This document shows positions 8,836 through 19,047 of a stretch of 64,000 bases of DNA, piece by piece. Source of the stretch: an uncultured Verrucomicrobiae bacterium (GTDB lineage Bacteria > Verrucomicrobiota > Verrucomicrobiia > Palsa-1439); contig CAVQGJ010000011.1 of assembly GCA_963712025.1 (NCBI GenBank), forward strand, positions 135,929 to 199,928. The letters run 5' to 3'. The notes under the pieces were generated by a model. The model had not been told where the DNA came from and ran no database searches. It worked only from the letters and a program-made list of their open reading frames with translations. Both the position numbers and the translations under genes were made by a program. How positions within the stretch are numbered: position 1 is the stretch's first letter; each line of letters starts with the position of its first letter.

Positions 8836-10581
8836 ATGAAGACGCGACGACTGCTGACCCTTTGCCTGTCGGGCGCCCTGCTCTGCTCCGTGGTTTATGC
8901 GGCAGGGCCGGTGCCATCGACCGCCATTGAGGTGGCAACAGCACCGGTGGCCGTCGCGGCGCCGACGACGGCAGCGGTGACGGCTCCCGCCGTCGCCACG
9001 GTGACGAACGCGCCCCAACCGCTGGCCGATGAGCCGATCGAAATTGGCTACATCGAAGCGGACATCCAGAACGTGCTGCGCACCCTTGCCGCCAAGGCTG
9101 GTGTCAATTTGATACTGGGCGACGAAGTGACCGGCAAGGTCACGGTCAATTTGAAGGGGATCTCCTACGAGCAGGCGATGCAGTTGATCGCCGAATCCAA
9201 GGGCTACGCGTACGTTAAGGACAATAACGTGGTCAAGATCAAGTCGCGAGAATCGCTGGACGTGGAGCCGATCGAGTTGCGAGTGTGCACCCTGGCGTAT
9301 GCCAAGGCGGAAGATGTGAAGAAGACGCTCGATCCGGTACTGACCAAACAGGGCAAGATCGAGGTGGACGCCCGGAGCAACACGCTGGTGCTTTCGGATA
9401 CACCGTCCAGCTTGTCGAAGCTTGTCCCGCTGATCAAATCGCTCGACACGGAAACGCCGCAGGTATTGATCGAAGCGAAATTCGTCGAGACGCAAAAAAA
9501 TCCGACAAAAAATCTGGGGATCGATTGGAGCGGCACGCTGCTCTCGCATTCGTTATCGGCGACGGGTTTTCGTACCGCCCCGGGCACCGACCCGACACAA
9601 CCAACGTCCTACGCCACCGATCCGGTGAGCGGCGGCAACCTGACCGGCTTCAGCATGGAAAAGAGTCTCAGCGGCGGGGCATGGTCCGCACCGTACGCCT
9701 TGCTGAACCCGGGCAACGCGGCGATTGTCTTTAACTACCTCAACCAGGATACGGACTCGGAATTGCTCGCCAACCCGCGCGTGGTCGCGACGGACAATGT
9801 CAAGACCCGCATCTCCATCGCTGAGCAATATCCGATTCCGAACTTTTCCTTCAGCGAGCAAACGGCGTCGTTGCAAATATCCGGGTTCGAGTACAAGGAT
9901 ATCGGCATCATCTTGACGGTAACGCCCCGCGTCAATCGGAACGACTACGTGACGTTGGACGTACAGCCGGAGGCGAGCAGCTCGTCGGCAAACGCGACGT
10001 TGCAGAGCGGTGGTGGCAATGCGGTGTTGATTCCCATCATCCAGACGCGCACGGCGCAGACAACCGTTGTCATCAAGAGTGGCAATACCCTGGCCATCGG
10101 CGGGTTGATGCGCGTAGACGTCAGCGACAACTACAACAAGGTGCCCCTGATGGGCGATGCGCCCCTGCTCGGGCCGTTGTTCCGCAACAAGAGTCTGAGC
10201 AAGACCAGGCGCGAGTTGTTGATTTTCCTGACGCCAACGATCGTGCATCCGGACCAGCAGACAGGCTACGAGAAGTACGCCAACGGCTTGCCGAACGAAC
10301 CCGTGTACACGAACGACAAGTGGATGCCGAAAGACAACTGCGGAGCCTCGAAGCTTTTTTGGATTGGGTGGCCACGCGAGAGCCAAGACCACCGGGGTCA
10401 CGACCAACAACGTCGTGGCAACCACAGGGTTTCGGGTCGAACTAATCGGCCCGCTGAAGATCCATGCTCCCGAGAGGTGAGGGCGGGAGCGCGGGGTGGG
10501 GAGGGGCGTCCCCCGCGGGACGCCCCTCGCACCGTTGCGAATGATTCTCAGCTTCTGCATGGGCGACAGGTGAAGGCGTGA
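8836..10581 (+). CDS. pilQ: Type IV pilus secretin PilQ; the 3' tail after about 10355 is probably a frameshift artefact
   Basis: Signal peptide MKTRRLLTLCLSGALLCSVVYA, secretin N-domains, and secretin core ...VPLMGDAPLLGPLFRNKSLSKTRRELLIFLTPTIV. After the T6 run (10355-10360) the -1 frame reads ...KLFGLGGHARAKTTGVTTNNVVATTGFRVELIGPLKIHAPER and stops at 10478-10480, just before a hairpin. Confidence 0.9.
   Translation: MKTRRLLTLCLSGALLCSVVYAAGPVPSTAIEVATAPVAVAAPTTAAVTAPAVATVTNAPQPLADEPIEIGYIEADIQNVLRTLAAKAGVNLILGDEVTGKVTVNLKGISYEQAMQLIAESKGYAYVKDNNVVKIKSRESLDVEPIELRVCTLAYAKAEDVKKTLDPVLTKQGKIEVDARSNTLVLSDTPSSLSKLVPLIKSLDTETPQVLIEAKFVETQKNPTKNLGIDWSGTLLSHSLSATGFRTAPGTDPTQPTSYATDPVSGGNLTGFSMEKSLSGGAWSAPYALLNPGNAAIVFNYLNQDTDSELLANPRVVATDNVKTRISIAEQYPIPNFSFSEQTASLQISGFEYKDIGIILTVTPRVNRNDYVTLDVQPEASSSSANATLQSGGGNAVLIPIIQTRTAQTTVVIKSGNTLAIGGLMRVDVSDNYNKVPLMGDAPLLGPLFRNKSLSKTRRELLIFLTPTIVHPDQQTGYEKYANGLPNEPVYTNDKWMPKDNCGASKLFWIGWPRESQDHRGHDQQRRGNHRVSGRTNRPAEDPCSREVRAGARGGEGRPPRDAPRTVANDSQLLHGRQVKA
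10501..10528 (+). terminator. Perfect 12-bp stem / 4-nt loop GC hairpin after pilQ
   Basis: GAGGGGCGTCCC-CCGC-GGGACGCCCCTC. No U-tract follows. It lies inside the dubious tail of the track ORF. Confidence 0.4.
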
Positions 10582-10637
10582 TTGGCAATCCCAGCAGAAC
10601 CGCAGGTCTTTGCCATCGTTCCCTCGGAAGGCGTTAC

Positions 10638-10654
10638 CGGTATGTCACTTGCTG
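10638..10654 (+). promoter_or_regulatory. Probable sigma54 (-24/-12) promoter upstream of the minor pilin genes
   Basis: CGGTATgtcacTTGCT with GG-N10-GC spacing. The -12 TTGCT is good and the -24 is weaker. It lies about 40 nt upstream of ATG 10693. Confidence 0.45.
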
Positions 10655-10692
10655 CATGGAAGGTGAGCAGTGTGCCGTCGAGCACAGGAGAA

Positions 10693-11100
10693 ATGATGAG
10701 TAGGAAGCCATGTCAGGGGGATGCGGGGTTCACGCTGGTGGAGTCGGTGCTCGCCATCATGATCCTCGGCTTCTCCCTCAGCGCCTGCGTCATCAGTTTC
10801 ACCATGTCGATGCAGGCGGTCAAGACGGCGGCCAATCAAATGGCCGCATTGCACTCCGTCCGCTACGAACTGGAAACCTTGCGGACGTTGAGTCTGACCA
10901 ATTCCTCCTCACTGAACTCGGGCACGCATTCGTTTACAAACAACGGCATCGTCGGCACGTACACGGTGACCAATCTCAATTCCTGTACGAAGAATCTGAC
11001 CGTGAACGTCACGTACATGAACTACATCAACCATGGCCTTACCAACAATATCGCCACGAATACGTTGGTGACGACACTGGCGTCGACACTGCACCCATGA
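10693..11100 (+). CDS. Minor pilin / pseudopilin (prepilin-type N-terminal domain)
   Basis: MMSRKPCQGDAGFTLVESVLAIMILGFSLSA contains the G/FTLxE cleavage-methylation motif. Confidence 0.75.
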   Translation: MMSRKPCQGDAGFTLVESVLAIMILGFSLSACVISFTMSMQAVKTAANQMAALHSVRYELETLRTLSLTNSSSLNSGTHSFTNNGIVGTYTVTNLNSCTKNLTVNVTYMNYINHGLTNNIATNTLVTTLASTLHP

Positions 11101-11585
11101 ACGTCCGCAAGACAACGGCACGCCGATCGGCTGGCGGTTTCACGCTCGTCGAAATGTCCATGTCGATGGCCATCCTGACCCTTCTTACCGTCGGCATTTT
11201 CAACGTGTTCTGGCAGGTCCTCAAGACCTATAACGAGACGAGTTTGATGAGCACTACCGCCGTGCAGGCGAGCTTTGCACTGGATCGCATGGTGATCGGT
11301 ATCGGCACAAACGCCGGGCTGCGGGAAGCGCAAGCCAGCACCGTCACCACGACGTCCACGAGCAGCAATTGGGTGTTTTCGTATGACAGCGGGCTCTCGT
11401 TCACCTACTCCGCAACCAACCACACCATCGTTGACCAATCCGGCGACCTTGTTGTCTCGAATCTGGTTGCCTCGACGCTGACGAACACGACGAACGGCGT
11501 TCAGATTTCTGTCTCCGTCGCGCAGAGTTGTGGCGGGCGGACGTTGACGAACACGATGGCGACATTTGTGGAATTCAGGAACTAG
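11097..11585 (+). CDS. Minor pilin / pseudopilin (prepilin-type N-terminal domain)
   Basis: MNVRKTTARRSAGGFTLVEMSMSMAILTLLTVG. The ATG overlaps the previous stop (ATGA). Confidence 0.75.
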   Translation: MNVRKTTARRSAGGFTLVEMSMSMAILTLLTVGIFNVFWQVLKTYNETSLMSTTAVQASFALDRMVIGIGTNAGLREAQASTVTTTSTSSNWVFSYDSGLSFTYSATNHTIVDQSGDLVVSNLVASTLTNTTNGVQISVSVAQSCGGRTLTNTMATFVEFRN

Positions 11586-11631
11586 CCGTGAACACGAGCA
11601 TCGACGAAATCATTTATAAGGAAGTTGGCGT

Positions 11632-12937
11632 ATGAATAGAGCCAAACAAAGTCGCGAAGATCTGAAGGGGTCGGTCCTCATTGTAACGTTGTGCCTGCTG
11701 TTTATCGTGGTCGGTTTGGTGATCACCATTCTCGACGTCGCCAGTGACCATCGGGCGATTTCGGTGCGGCAGGTCAATCTGGATCAGGCCATGTACGTGG
11801 CCGAGGCCGGGGTCGAAGTTGGCGCTCGGTTCATGGAGTCGAATCTCACCGTCATGGTCAATTCGTCCACCGGCAAGACCAACGGCAGCGGGAGCGTGGG
11901 ATCGGGAACCTACAACTATTTCATTTATCGGACCAACACCAGCACGTACTGCATTATCTCGACGGGAACGGTCAGTGGCGTTTCCAATGGAAGCGGGTCG
12001 AACCAGCCCATCGCGCGGGTCGTCAGTCTGTTGGACGTGTACCAGCCGACGTACGCGTCGTTCGCCCTCTGGAGCAGTAACAACAACGCCGTCTCCTTCG
12101 CCACGGGGGACGTGCTTTACGGGCCCGTTTACTCCTATACAGAACTGTACTTTGACGGCGACCCGGTATTCTATTCTACGCTTGAGTCCGACGCTGGAAC
12201 GTATTCCGGGAGCATCTCCGGAGCCACCCTGGCAGATGGTCTGACATTGAATACGTCTGAGGGGTCGATGGCCGACGTGAACTTCAACACAGGCTCCTTG
12301 TCGCTGAAAAGCATCGCCACCAGCAGTGGCCTGGAAGTCAGCGGTACCACGACGCTCACGTTCAACGGCGGTACGGTCACGGTCAAAAGATCGAGCGGCA
12401 CCCAGACGTACACAATCCCTGCCAGCGGCGGGATAATTTATGTGGCGAACAACGGAACCCGTCTCCGGCACGATCTATCTGGAAGGCGGGAAGGTGACCG
12501 GACCGCTGACGGTTGCCAGCGAGGCCAGCATGTACATCGAGAACAACATCACGTATACGCACAACCCGGTGACCACCCCGACAACCACCGATGCGCTGGG
12601 ATTGATTTCGCAGGACAATATTTGGGTGGACACGGGTGCGCCCGCTGCGCTGACGATTGACGCGGCGATGATCGCCGCTGGCACCAGCAGTGGAGGTACC
12701 GGCAGCTTTGGCGTGATCAATTACGCCACGATGAACCCCACCGGCACGCTCACGGTGTACGGCGGGATTGTGCAGGCGGTACGCGGCCCAGTGGGCACGG
12801 CTAACCAGTGGGGAGGCGTCGAAACCGGCTACGCCAAGAGTTACAATTTCGACTCGCGGTTCCTGACGAAACCGCCGCCGGACTACCCGGTGATTTCCGG
12901 CCAGGTCAATTTCAGTCAATGGCAGGAGGGACACTAG
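11632..12937 (+). CDS. PilX-like large minor pilin / tip-associated protein, split by an apparent +1 frame change near 12440-12470
   Basis: PilX_N-like start GSVLIVTLCLLFIVVGLVITILD...AMYVAEAGVEVG. ORF 11632..12660 (...GGIIYVANNG) continues in ORF 12440..12937 (...EPVSGTIYLEGGKVTGPLTV...). Confidence 0.65.
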
Positions 12938-13391
12938 TTGGATATGAACGCGATTCCTCGGTCGATAGATAATGGTTCGAAACGCTGGCTCGCGGTTCTG
13001 GCGGCGACGGCTGCCGCTTCGGTCATTTTCGTGGCCTACTCGGTCGTCCAGACGCTGTCGCCATCGGAACCGAGCGTGGTGGCGCCACAGAAACCGACCC
13101 CGGCACCCACCGAGGAACCGGTGACGAGGAGTGAGCCGGATTGGGGTGCCGCCCAAGCGGGACAGAGGCTCTGAAGCTGCGGCTACCCGAGTGGACCCGT
13201 TCGCTGCCCAGGAGGCTGCGGCCGCGAGGGCCGCCGCGGCCCACGATCCGGTTGAGCGTCAGAAAGACGTTCACCGCCAGGCGGAATACCTCCGCAACCT
13301 CATTTCTCAAGGCAAGCTTCCGGGGTGCTTTGGGAAACTGACGAAGGAACAAGTTGACGAGATGGAGCGAAAGGGCATCACGATCCAGTAA
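12938..13391 (+). CDS. Hypothetical membrane-anchored protein at the end of the pilus cluster, probably one gene split by a frame change near 13140-13170
   Basis: ORF 12938..13174 has the TM WLAVLAATAAASVIFVAYSVV and a Pro-rich linker. ORF 13131..13391 supplies ...RVDPFAAQEAAAARAAAAHDPVERQKD... Confidence 0.35.
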
Positions 13392-13490
13392 CTCGTAGCT
13401 GGCGTGAGCCACGTTGTGGCAACGCCACTCACGTGGCCGTGACCGTCGCGTGACCGCGTTGGGCGCGGAACGCGACCTCACGCAGTGGTT

Positions 13491-14919
13491 TCAGGACACT
13501 TCCAGCCGCTTGGCGATGCGGAATTTTTCGATGCGCTTGCGCAACGTCGCGCGGGTGATCCCCAGCAGCTTGGCGGCCTGCACTTGGTTTCCGTTGGTTT
13601 CAATCAGGGCTCGCGCGATCAATTCGCGTTCCACCAGCGCCATGATTTTCAGGCTCGGGTCTTTCTTGGCCAACGCGTAGAGCGGACGAACCGCCGCATC
13701 AATGGCCGCCGTCAGGTCCTCCGCCGGAACCGCGACCGCCCGCGATTCGCGCACTTCCGCGGGCAAATCCTTGGGCAGGATCGAATCGCCGCGGGCGACG
13801 ACTGCCGACCTCTCGATCACGTTTTCCAGTTCGCGCACGTTGCCGGGCCACGGAGACCGATCCAGTATCTTCAGTGCCTCCGAGGAAATCTTGGTGACCC
13901 GGCCGGCCGTCGTGCCTGATTTGGCCAGTCGTTGCAGGAAGTAATGCACCAGCAGGCGCACGTCCTCGCGGCGTTCGCGGAGCGGCGGGAGGTGAATGCG
14001 GACCACGTTGAGCCGGTAATACAGGTCTTCGCGAAACTTCTTGGCGGACACGAGTTGTTCGGGGGCCTTATTGGTCGCGGCGATCACCCGCACGTCCACG
14101 TGGAACGTCTGGTTGCCGCCGACGCGCTGGAATTCGCCGTTCTGCAGCACGCGGAGGATTTTCGTTTGCGTCGACAGGGGCATGTCGCCGATTTCGTCGA
14201 GGAAAATCGTCCCCTGGTCGCATTGCTCGAACTTGCCGATCCGCCGGTCGGCCGCGCCGGTGAACGCGCCTTTCTCGTGACCGAACAGTTCGCTCTCCAG
14301 AAGATTCTCGGGAATCGCGGCGCAGTTGATCGCCAGGAAGGCCTTCTCGGCGCGGCGGCTGTGGTGATAAATCGCGCGGGCCACCAGCTCCTTGCCCGGT
14401 CCCGCTTTCACCGGTGATCAGCACCGTGGCCTCGGATTGTGATACCTGGCCGATGAGCTTGAAGACCTGTTGCATCGCCTCGCTTTTGCCGACGATGCCC
14501 TCGGCATGGTCTTCACTGCTCAACAACGGCTGATAGCTGACCACCTCGCGCATGTCGCGCGCGGCCTTGAGGGCGGACTCGATCAGTGTCTTGAGCTTGG
14601 GCACTTCAAGGGGTTTGAGCACGTAGTCATACGCGCCCAACTTCATGGCCTCGATCGCTGTCTGGGTCGTGCCGTAGGCGGTCATCATGATGATGAGGAG
14701 TTTCGGGTCGAGTTCGCGCAGCTTCCGCAACGTATCGAGCCCGCTGGTGGCGCCCATGCGAATGTCCATCACCACCAGGTTCGGGCGCTCTTTGGCGACC
14801 ATGCGGATCGCCTCTTCGCCGTTGGCCGCATCCACGACCTGCAACGAATCGCTGGCGAGGTTACGGTGGAACGCGCGCCGGATGTCCGCCTCGTCATCGA
14901 CAACCAGGATCTTGTCCAT
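13491..14919 (-). CDS. Sigma54-dependent response regulator (NtrC family), split by a 1-nt frame change in the Walker A region
   Basis: [17 protein letters not shown] receiver domain. ...[12 protein letters not shown]|[12 protein letters not shown] is interrupted at the CCC run 14395-14397. GAFTGA motif (HEKGAFTGA) and C-terminal [20 protein letters not shown] are present. Confidence 0.85.
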
Positions 14920-15030
14920 AGGGTTCGCATCATAGTCACACCGTCCCCACAGGGCAAGCCCGCCTGTGGCAAACAATCGGCCGGGGATCACTACTTGCGG
15001 CACTCGCCCTTCAGTGTTAGGGATACAACA

Positions 15031-16245
15031 ATGAAATGGTCGCTTCCAATCGGGCGTGTATTCGGCATCAGCCTGCGGCTGCATTTTACATTTCTTCTAT
15101 TTCTTGCCTTCATTGCCTACGGAGGCTTCGTGGATGCAGGCCTCAACGGCGCCGGTTGGGCCGTAGCAATGTTCGGCTCGGTATTTGCCTGTATCGCCCT
15201 CCACGAGCTTGGGCATAGTGTTGTAGCCCAACAACTTGGCGTCCAAGTGAGAAGCATTACACTTCTGCCAATCGGTGGCGTGGCGGCGCTCCGGAGCATC
15301 CCGGAAAATCCCTGGCACGAGATCGCCATCACCGTGGCGGGGCCGATGGTCAATGCCGCCATCGCGTGCGCGTTGATCCCATTCACAGGCACGCCGTCAC
15401 ATTGGCTGATCGTGGCCATGCCCCAGGACATTCATGGTCTGTTGCTGAGTCTCACCCAGGCGAATATCACGCTCTTCGTGTTTAACTTTATTCCCGCGTT
15501 TCCGATGGACGGCGGGCGGCTGCTGCGCGCAGTGTTGGCCCTTGTCCTCCCGTACCGGCAAGCCACGACGATCGCCGCCATGGTGGGGCAGGGGTTGGCC
15601 ATCCTGTTCGTGGTGGCCGGATTGAAATTCTCTATCTGGCTCGTCCTGATCGGCGTGTTTATCTTCCTGGGCGCCGAAGGCGAGGAACGTGTCGTGCGGA
15701 TGCGAAGCGTATTGCGTAAACTGGCTGTGGAAGATGTGATGAGCCGGCCGGTCGCGACGCTTTCGCCATCGGATCCCGTGTGGCGCGGGATCGAGTTGAT
15801 CTATCAAACCGGGCAGGACGATTTTCCCGTGCTCCAAGAAGAAAGGCTCGTGGGCATCGTGACGCGGCCGGACCTCGTCGAAGCGATGAATGCGCAGGGA
15901 GCCAACACGCCGGTGGTGACGATTATGCAGGCCAGGGTGACGCTGGCGTCGCCGCGAGACGGGTTGGCGCAGGCGTGCGAAGAGATTATCAACGGCACAA
16001 ACACGAACGCCGTCCTCGTCGTGGATGACGGGCAGCTGGTCGGCATGGTTTCGCCCGAAAATATCAATCGCTACCTGTTGCTGCAATCGAGTCTCAAGTC
16101 GCCGCGCCGTCGCCGGGTGAGGGGAGTGCCGCCGTTACTCGTGACTTCGCAAAGTCCAGTGCCTCCGCGCGTGATTTCAGGCGGTCCTCCAATTGCAGTT
16201 CCTCCACCTCGCGCAGGATCTGTCCCACCATCGGGCCTGGTGTAA
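15031..16245 (+). CDS. Site-2 protease family (peptidase M50) with CBS pair; 3' end uncertain
   Basis: MKWSLPIGRVFGISLRLHFTF..., the HELGH zinc motif, FNFIPAFPMDGGRLLRA, and CBS-like VEDVMSRPVATLSP / LVGIVTRPDL. The tail overlaps cca by about 150 nt. Confidence 0.8.
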   Translation: MKWSLPIGRVFGISLRLHFTFLLFLAFIAYGGFVDAGLNGAGWAVAMFGSVFACIALHELGHSVVAQQLGVQVRSITLLPIGGVAALRSIPENPWHEIAITVAGPMVNAAIACALIPFTGTPSHWLIVAMPQDIHGLLLSLTQANITLFVFNFIPAFPMDGGRLLRAVLALVLPYRQATTIAAMVGQGLAILFVVAGLKFSIWLVLIGVFIFLGAEGEERVVRMRSVLRKLAVEDVMSRPVATLSPSDPVWRGIELIYQTGQDDFPVLQEERLVGIVTRPDLVEAMNAQGANTPVVTIMQARVTLASPRDGLAQACEEIINGTNTNAVLVVDDGQLVGMVSPENINRYLLLQSSLKSPRRRRVRGVPPLLVTSQSPVPPRVISGGPPIAVPPPRAGSVPPSGLV

Positions 16246-17581
16246 GCCCGAGAGCCAGCAAATCGTTGCCGTTCAAGAGCGGCGCGGGTTTGACTGCTTC
16301 CGGTGGCAACTCCGCGGCCTTGGCTTTGAGGAATTCGTAGTTCTCCAGGTTCCGGTGGCTCGATGCGCAATCGATCCGATGGAGTTCAAGTTCTTCGGGA
16401 AACGTGTCGCGGGCGAGGATGCGCTTGAGTTTCGCCGGACGCATTTCCCTGACGAATTGAAATCGCATGTGTTCGCGAACGCAAAGGACGATCTTGTCGA
16501 TCTCCTCGTTGGGGAAGCGGAGCCGGCGCAGAATCGTTTCCGCCATCTCCGCGCCGATACGGTCATGGTCGTTGAACCGGATCCGGTCCGGGGCGCGCTG
16601 GAACGTGGGCGGCTTGCCCACGTCGTGCAACAGGACGGCGAACGCGAGCACCACCGGGTTGTGGTAGGGCGCGCTCGCCGAGCACGCCGTTTCACTCATC
16701 GTCTCCAGCATCAGTCTCGTATGTTGGAACACATCCCCTTCGGGGTGAAACTCGGGTGGTTGCTCGACCCCTTTCATCGCGGCGATTTCGGGCAGAATTT
16801 CCGGCAACAACCCGCTGGCATCAAGCAATTCCAGGCCGCGACCCGCGTGCGGCCGCGTGAGAATCTTGATCAACTCGTCTCGGACACGCTCCGCGCTGAC
16901 AACGTTGATTTGGGACGCCATCTCCTTGACCGCGTCGAACGTCGCGGGGTCGATGGCAAATTCCAAATTTGCTGCAAATCGGACGGCGCGCAGCATTCGC
17001 AGTTTGTCTTCAGCGAACCGCTGCCGCGGATCGCCAATTGTGCGCACCAGCTTTCGCTCGATGTCGGCCCGACCACCAACATAATCAATTATCCCCGGTA
17101 GGGCATCTGTTGCCGTGGGTAGGGCACGCTGGCCTGTCCTGAGCGGAGTCGAAGGGCTCAACGCGCCGTCCGTCTGTTGAGGTAGGGCGCTCGCGCCGCG
17201 AGCGCCGTTTTGTGTCTCAGATGCCAACGGATCATAAAACAATCCGTTGACCGTGAAATCACGGCGCTGGGCGTCTTCTTGTGGCGATCCGTAATGAACG
17301 CCCGTGGGACGCCGCCCATCGATATAGGCGTCGTCGCTGCGAAAGGTGGCGACCTCGAATTGGTGTTCGCCGTCCAGGACCAACACGACGCCGAACGCGG
17401 CGCCGACGGGGACGGTCCTGGCAAAGAGCGCCTGGACATCCTCCGGCGTGGCGCTCGTGGCGATATCGAAGTCATGCGGCTCGATGCCCTGCACCATGTC
17501 GCGCACGCATCCGCCGACAAAATACGCCGTGTGGCCCGCCTTCCGCAGCCGTTGGACAATGTTCGTCGCGGTTTCCTTCAT
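16094..17581 (-). CDS. cca: CCA-adding tRNA nucleotidyltransferase (PolyA_pol head + HD domain) with an in-frame insertion of about 44 aa
   Basis: AYFVGGCVRDMV, DFDIAT, RRDFTVNGLFYDP...IIDYVGG...EDKLRMLRAVRFA, and HD motif LLHDVGKP. Confidence 0.85.
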   Translation of the reverse strand: MKETATNIVQRLRKAGHTAYFVGGCVRDMVQGIEPHDFDIATSATPEDVQALFARTVPVGAAFGVVLVLDGEHQFEVATFRSDDAYIDGRRPTGVHYGSPQEDAQRRDFTVNGLFYDPLASETQNGARGASALPQQTDGALSPSTPLRTGQRALPTATDALPGIIDYVGGRADIERKLVRTIGDPRQRFAEDKLRMLRAVRFAANLEFAIDPATFDAVKEMASQINVVSAERVRDELIKILTRPHAGRGLELLDASGLLPEILPEIAAMKGVEQPPEFHPEGDVFQHTRLMLETMSETACSASAPYHNPVVLAFAVLLHDVGKPPTFQRAPDRIRFNDHDRIGAEMAETILRRLRFPNEEIDKIVLCVREHMRFQFVREMRPAKLKRILARDTFPEELELHRIDCASSHRNLENYEFLKAKAAELPPEAVKPAPLLNGNDLLALGLTPGPMVGQILREVEELQLEDRLKSRAEALDFAKSRVTAALPSPGDGAAT

Positions 17582-17827
17582 CCCGAACAGACACTACTGG
17601 AGCACGTCGGTGCGTGCAAGCAGGGGAATGATTAGTTCGTTCGGCTCGGGGAACAAATGTGCGCCAACGGCGAAATCGTCAAGAGTCAGGTGTTGATCCG
17701 GCGTACTAGTGGTTCACTAGCGACTGAATGGGTGAAACTAATACAACAGATCCGTGAGAAAGGTCGAGAGTGAGCTTGTCAGTTAAGGGGAATCGTGGTT
17801 GGATTCCCTGAAATAGGAGGGTGTCCA

Positions 17828-18457
17828 ATGGCTCTGTCCAATGCATATTTGATGACGACGAAGAACCTCGAAAAGATGTTGGCGTCAATTCGTAACGCGC
17901 AAGCACCTGAAAAGTTCACCATTAAATTCTTGGAATCGTTGGGGTTCACGAGTACTAGCGACAGACTGATCATCGGAGTGTTGAAAGCGATGGGTTTTCT
18001 GGACGAGGCGAGCGTCCCGACGCAACGGTATTTTGAGTTCCTCGATGAAACACAGTATAAAGTGGTACTTGCCCAGGGCATCCGTGAGGCGTATGCCGAC
18101 TTATTTCGCGTGAATAACAAGGCGGAACAATTGGAGCAGAAGGAGGTAAAGAATAAGTTAAAGACCCTGACCCAGGGAGCGAAGAGCGACAAGGTGCTGG
18201 CTTTGATGGCGATGACTTTCGACGCACTTTGCGGTCTCGCAGATTTTTCGAAGGTCGCTGGGACGGCGAAACAGGAGAAGGCAACCGTAGCTGAGCAGAC
18301 GCAAACGAATGCTGACGGGGGTGAGCAACCCAAGGAGAAGAAGGCACGCGAGCACGGTTTTGATCTCGCATACAACATTCATATCGAATTGCCAGCGACT
18401 AGAGATCAGGCAATTTACGATGCGATTTTTCGCTCCCTGAAGGATCATCTTCTATGA
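17828..18457 (+). CDS. DUF5343-like protein (first gene of the AT-richer two-gene cassette)
   Basis: GGAGG lies 8 nt before ATG 17828. The N-terminal pattern NLEKMLASIRNAQAPEKFTIKFLESLGFTSTSDRLIIGVLKAMGFLDEASVPTQRYFEF matches my recollection of DUF5343. A charged linker follows, then the tail NIHIELPATRDQAIYDAIFRSLKDHL. Confidence 0.7.
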   Translation: MALSNAYLMTTKNLEKMLASIRNAQAPEKFTIKFLESLGFTSTSDRLIIGVLKAMGFLDEASVPTQRYFEFLDETQYKVVLAQGIREAYADLFRVNNKAEQLEQKEVKNKLKTLTQGAKSDKVLALMAMTFDALCGLADFSKVAGTAKQEKATVAEQTQTNADGGEQPKEKKAREHGFDLAYNIHIELPATRDQAIYDAIFRSLKDHLL

Positions 18458-19047
18458 ATATCCTTAACCGAGAGGACACAAAGCTCGCGGGCTTCATAAT
18501 GCGTGGTCTCTTGGCGTCAGAGTCTCTGGACCTGCTTCACGTGACCAAGGACAGGGCGGACGGGTTGGGTTTCAATGATATAGCAAACAAGGTGTCAATG
18601 AAGCTGCTTGATGAGGAAGCCGTGAATGACGCCACTAAGATGTCCGCCGTATATATCGCGATCGCGAGTTTTGAAAATGCTGTTAGGGAACTCATCTCAA
18701 GTCGATTGTTGGAAGACAAAGGCGCGGATTGGTGGAGTGCATGTGTGTCGGCGGATATCCGTCGGCGCGCGGACCTGAAAATTAAAGAGGAGCAGCAAAT
18801 TCGTTGGCATCAAGCGAGAGGGCTAAGCCCGATCTATTTTACAGAACTCAAGGATTTGACCTCAATAATTCAACAGAATTGGCCTTCGTTCGAGGCACTC
18901 CTTCGTGATGTGGACTGGGTGCGACATTTGATTCGGACAATTGAGCGGTCAAGAAATGTCATCATGCATAGTGGTCAGTTGGCTGTCGATGACATTGAAC
19001 GAGTCGGGATGAGTATTCGAGACTGGATCCGACAGGTTGGCGGTTGA
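18454..19047 (+). CDS. Swt1-like HEPN domain protein (predicted RNase)
   Basis: The start overlaps the upstream stop (ATGA). Motifs are FENAVRELI...GADWW...LKDLTSIIQQNW...IERSRNVIMHSGQL, with an R-x4-H HEPN motif (RNVIMH). Confidence 0.75.
   Translation: MNILNREDTKLAGFIMRGLLASESLDLLHVTKDRADGLGFNDIANKVSMKLLDEEAVNDATKMSAVYIAIASFENAVRELISSRLLEDKGADWWSACVSADIRRRADLKIKEEQQIRWHQARGLSPIYFTELKDLTSIIQQNWPSFEALLRDVDWVRHLIRTIERSRNVIMHSGQLAVDDIERVGMSIRDWIRQVGG

Noticed and set aside
13392-13490. Multiple short inverted repeats (CGTGAG...CTCACG, CCGCG...CGCGG) between convergent genes, considered as a structured ncRNA.
   Set aside because: They are most simply bidirectional terminator-like hairpins between two convergent 3' ends. 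I recognised no conserved ncRNA motif.
17582-17827. A search for island-border direct repeats, a promoter or a small ORF upstream of the DUF5343/HEPN cassette. This included the inverted repeat ACTAGTG-gtt-CACTAG at about 17703-17719.
   Set aside because: I found no matching sequence at the right border (19048-19206). Only weak -35/-10 candidates are present. The small ORFs there are tails of antisense noise ORFs.
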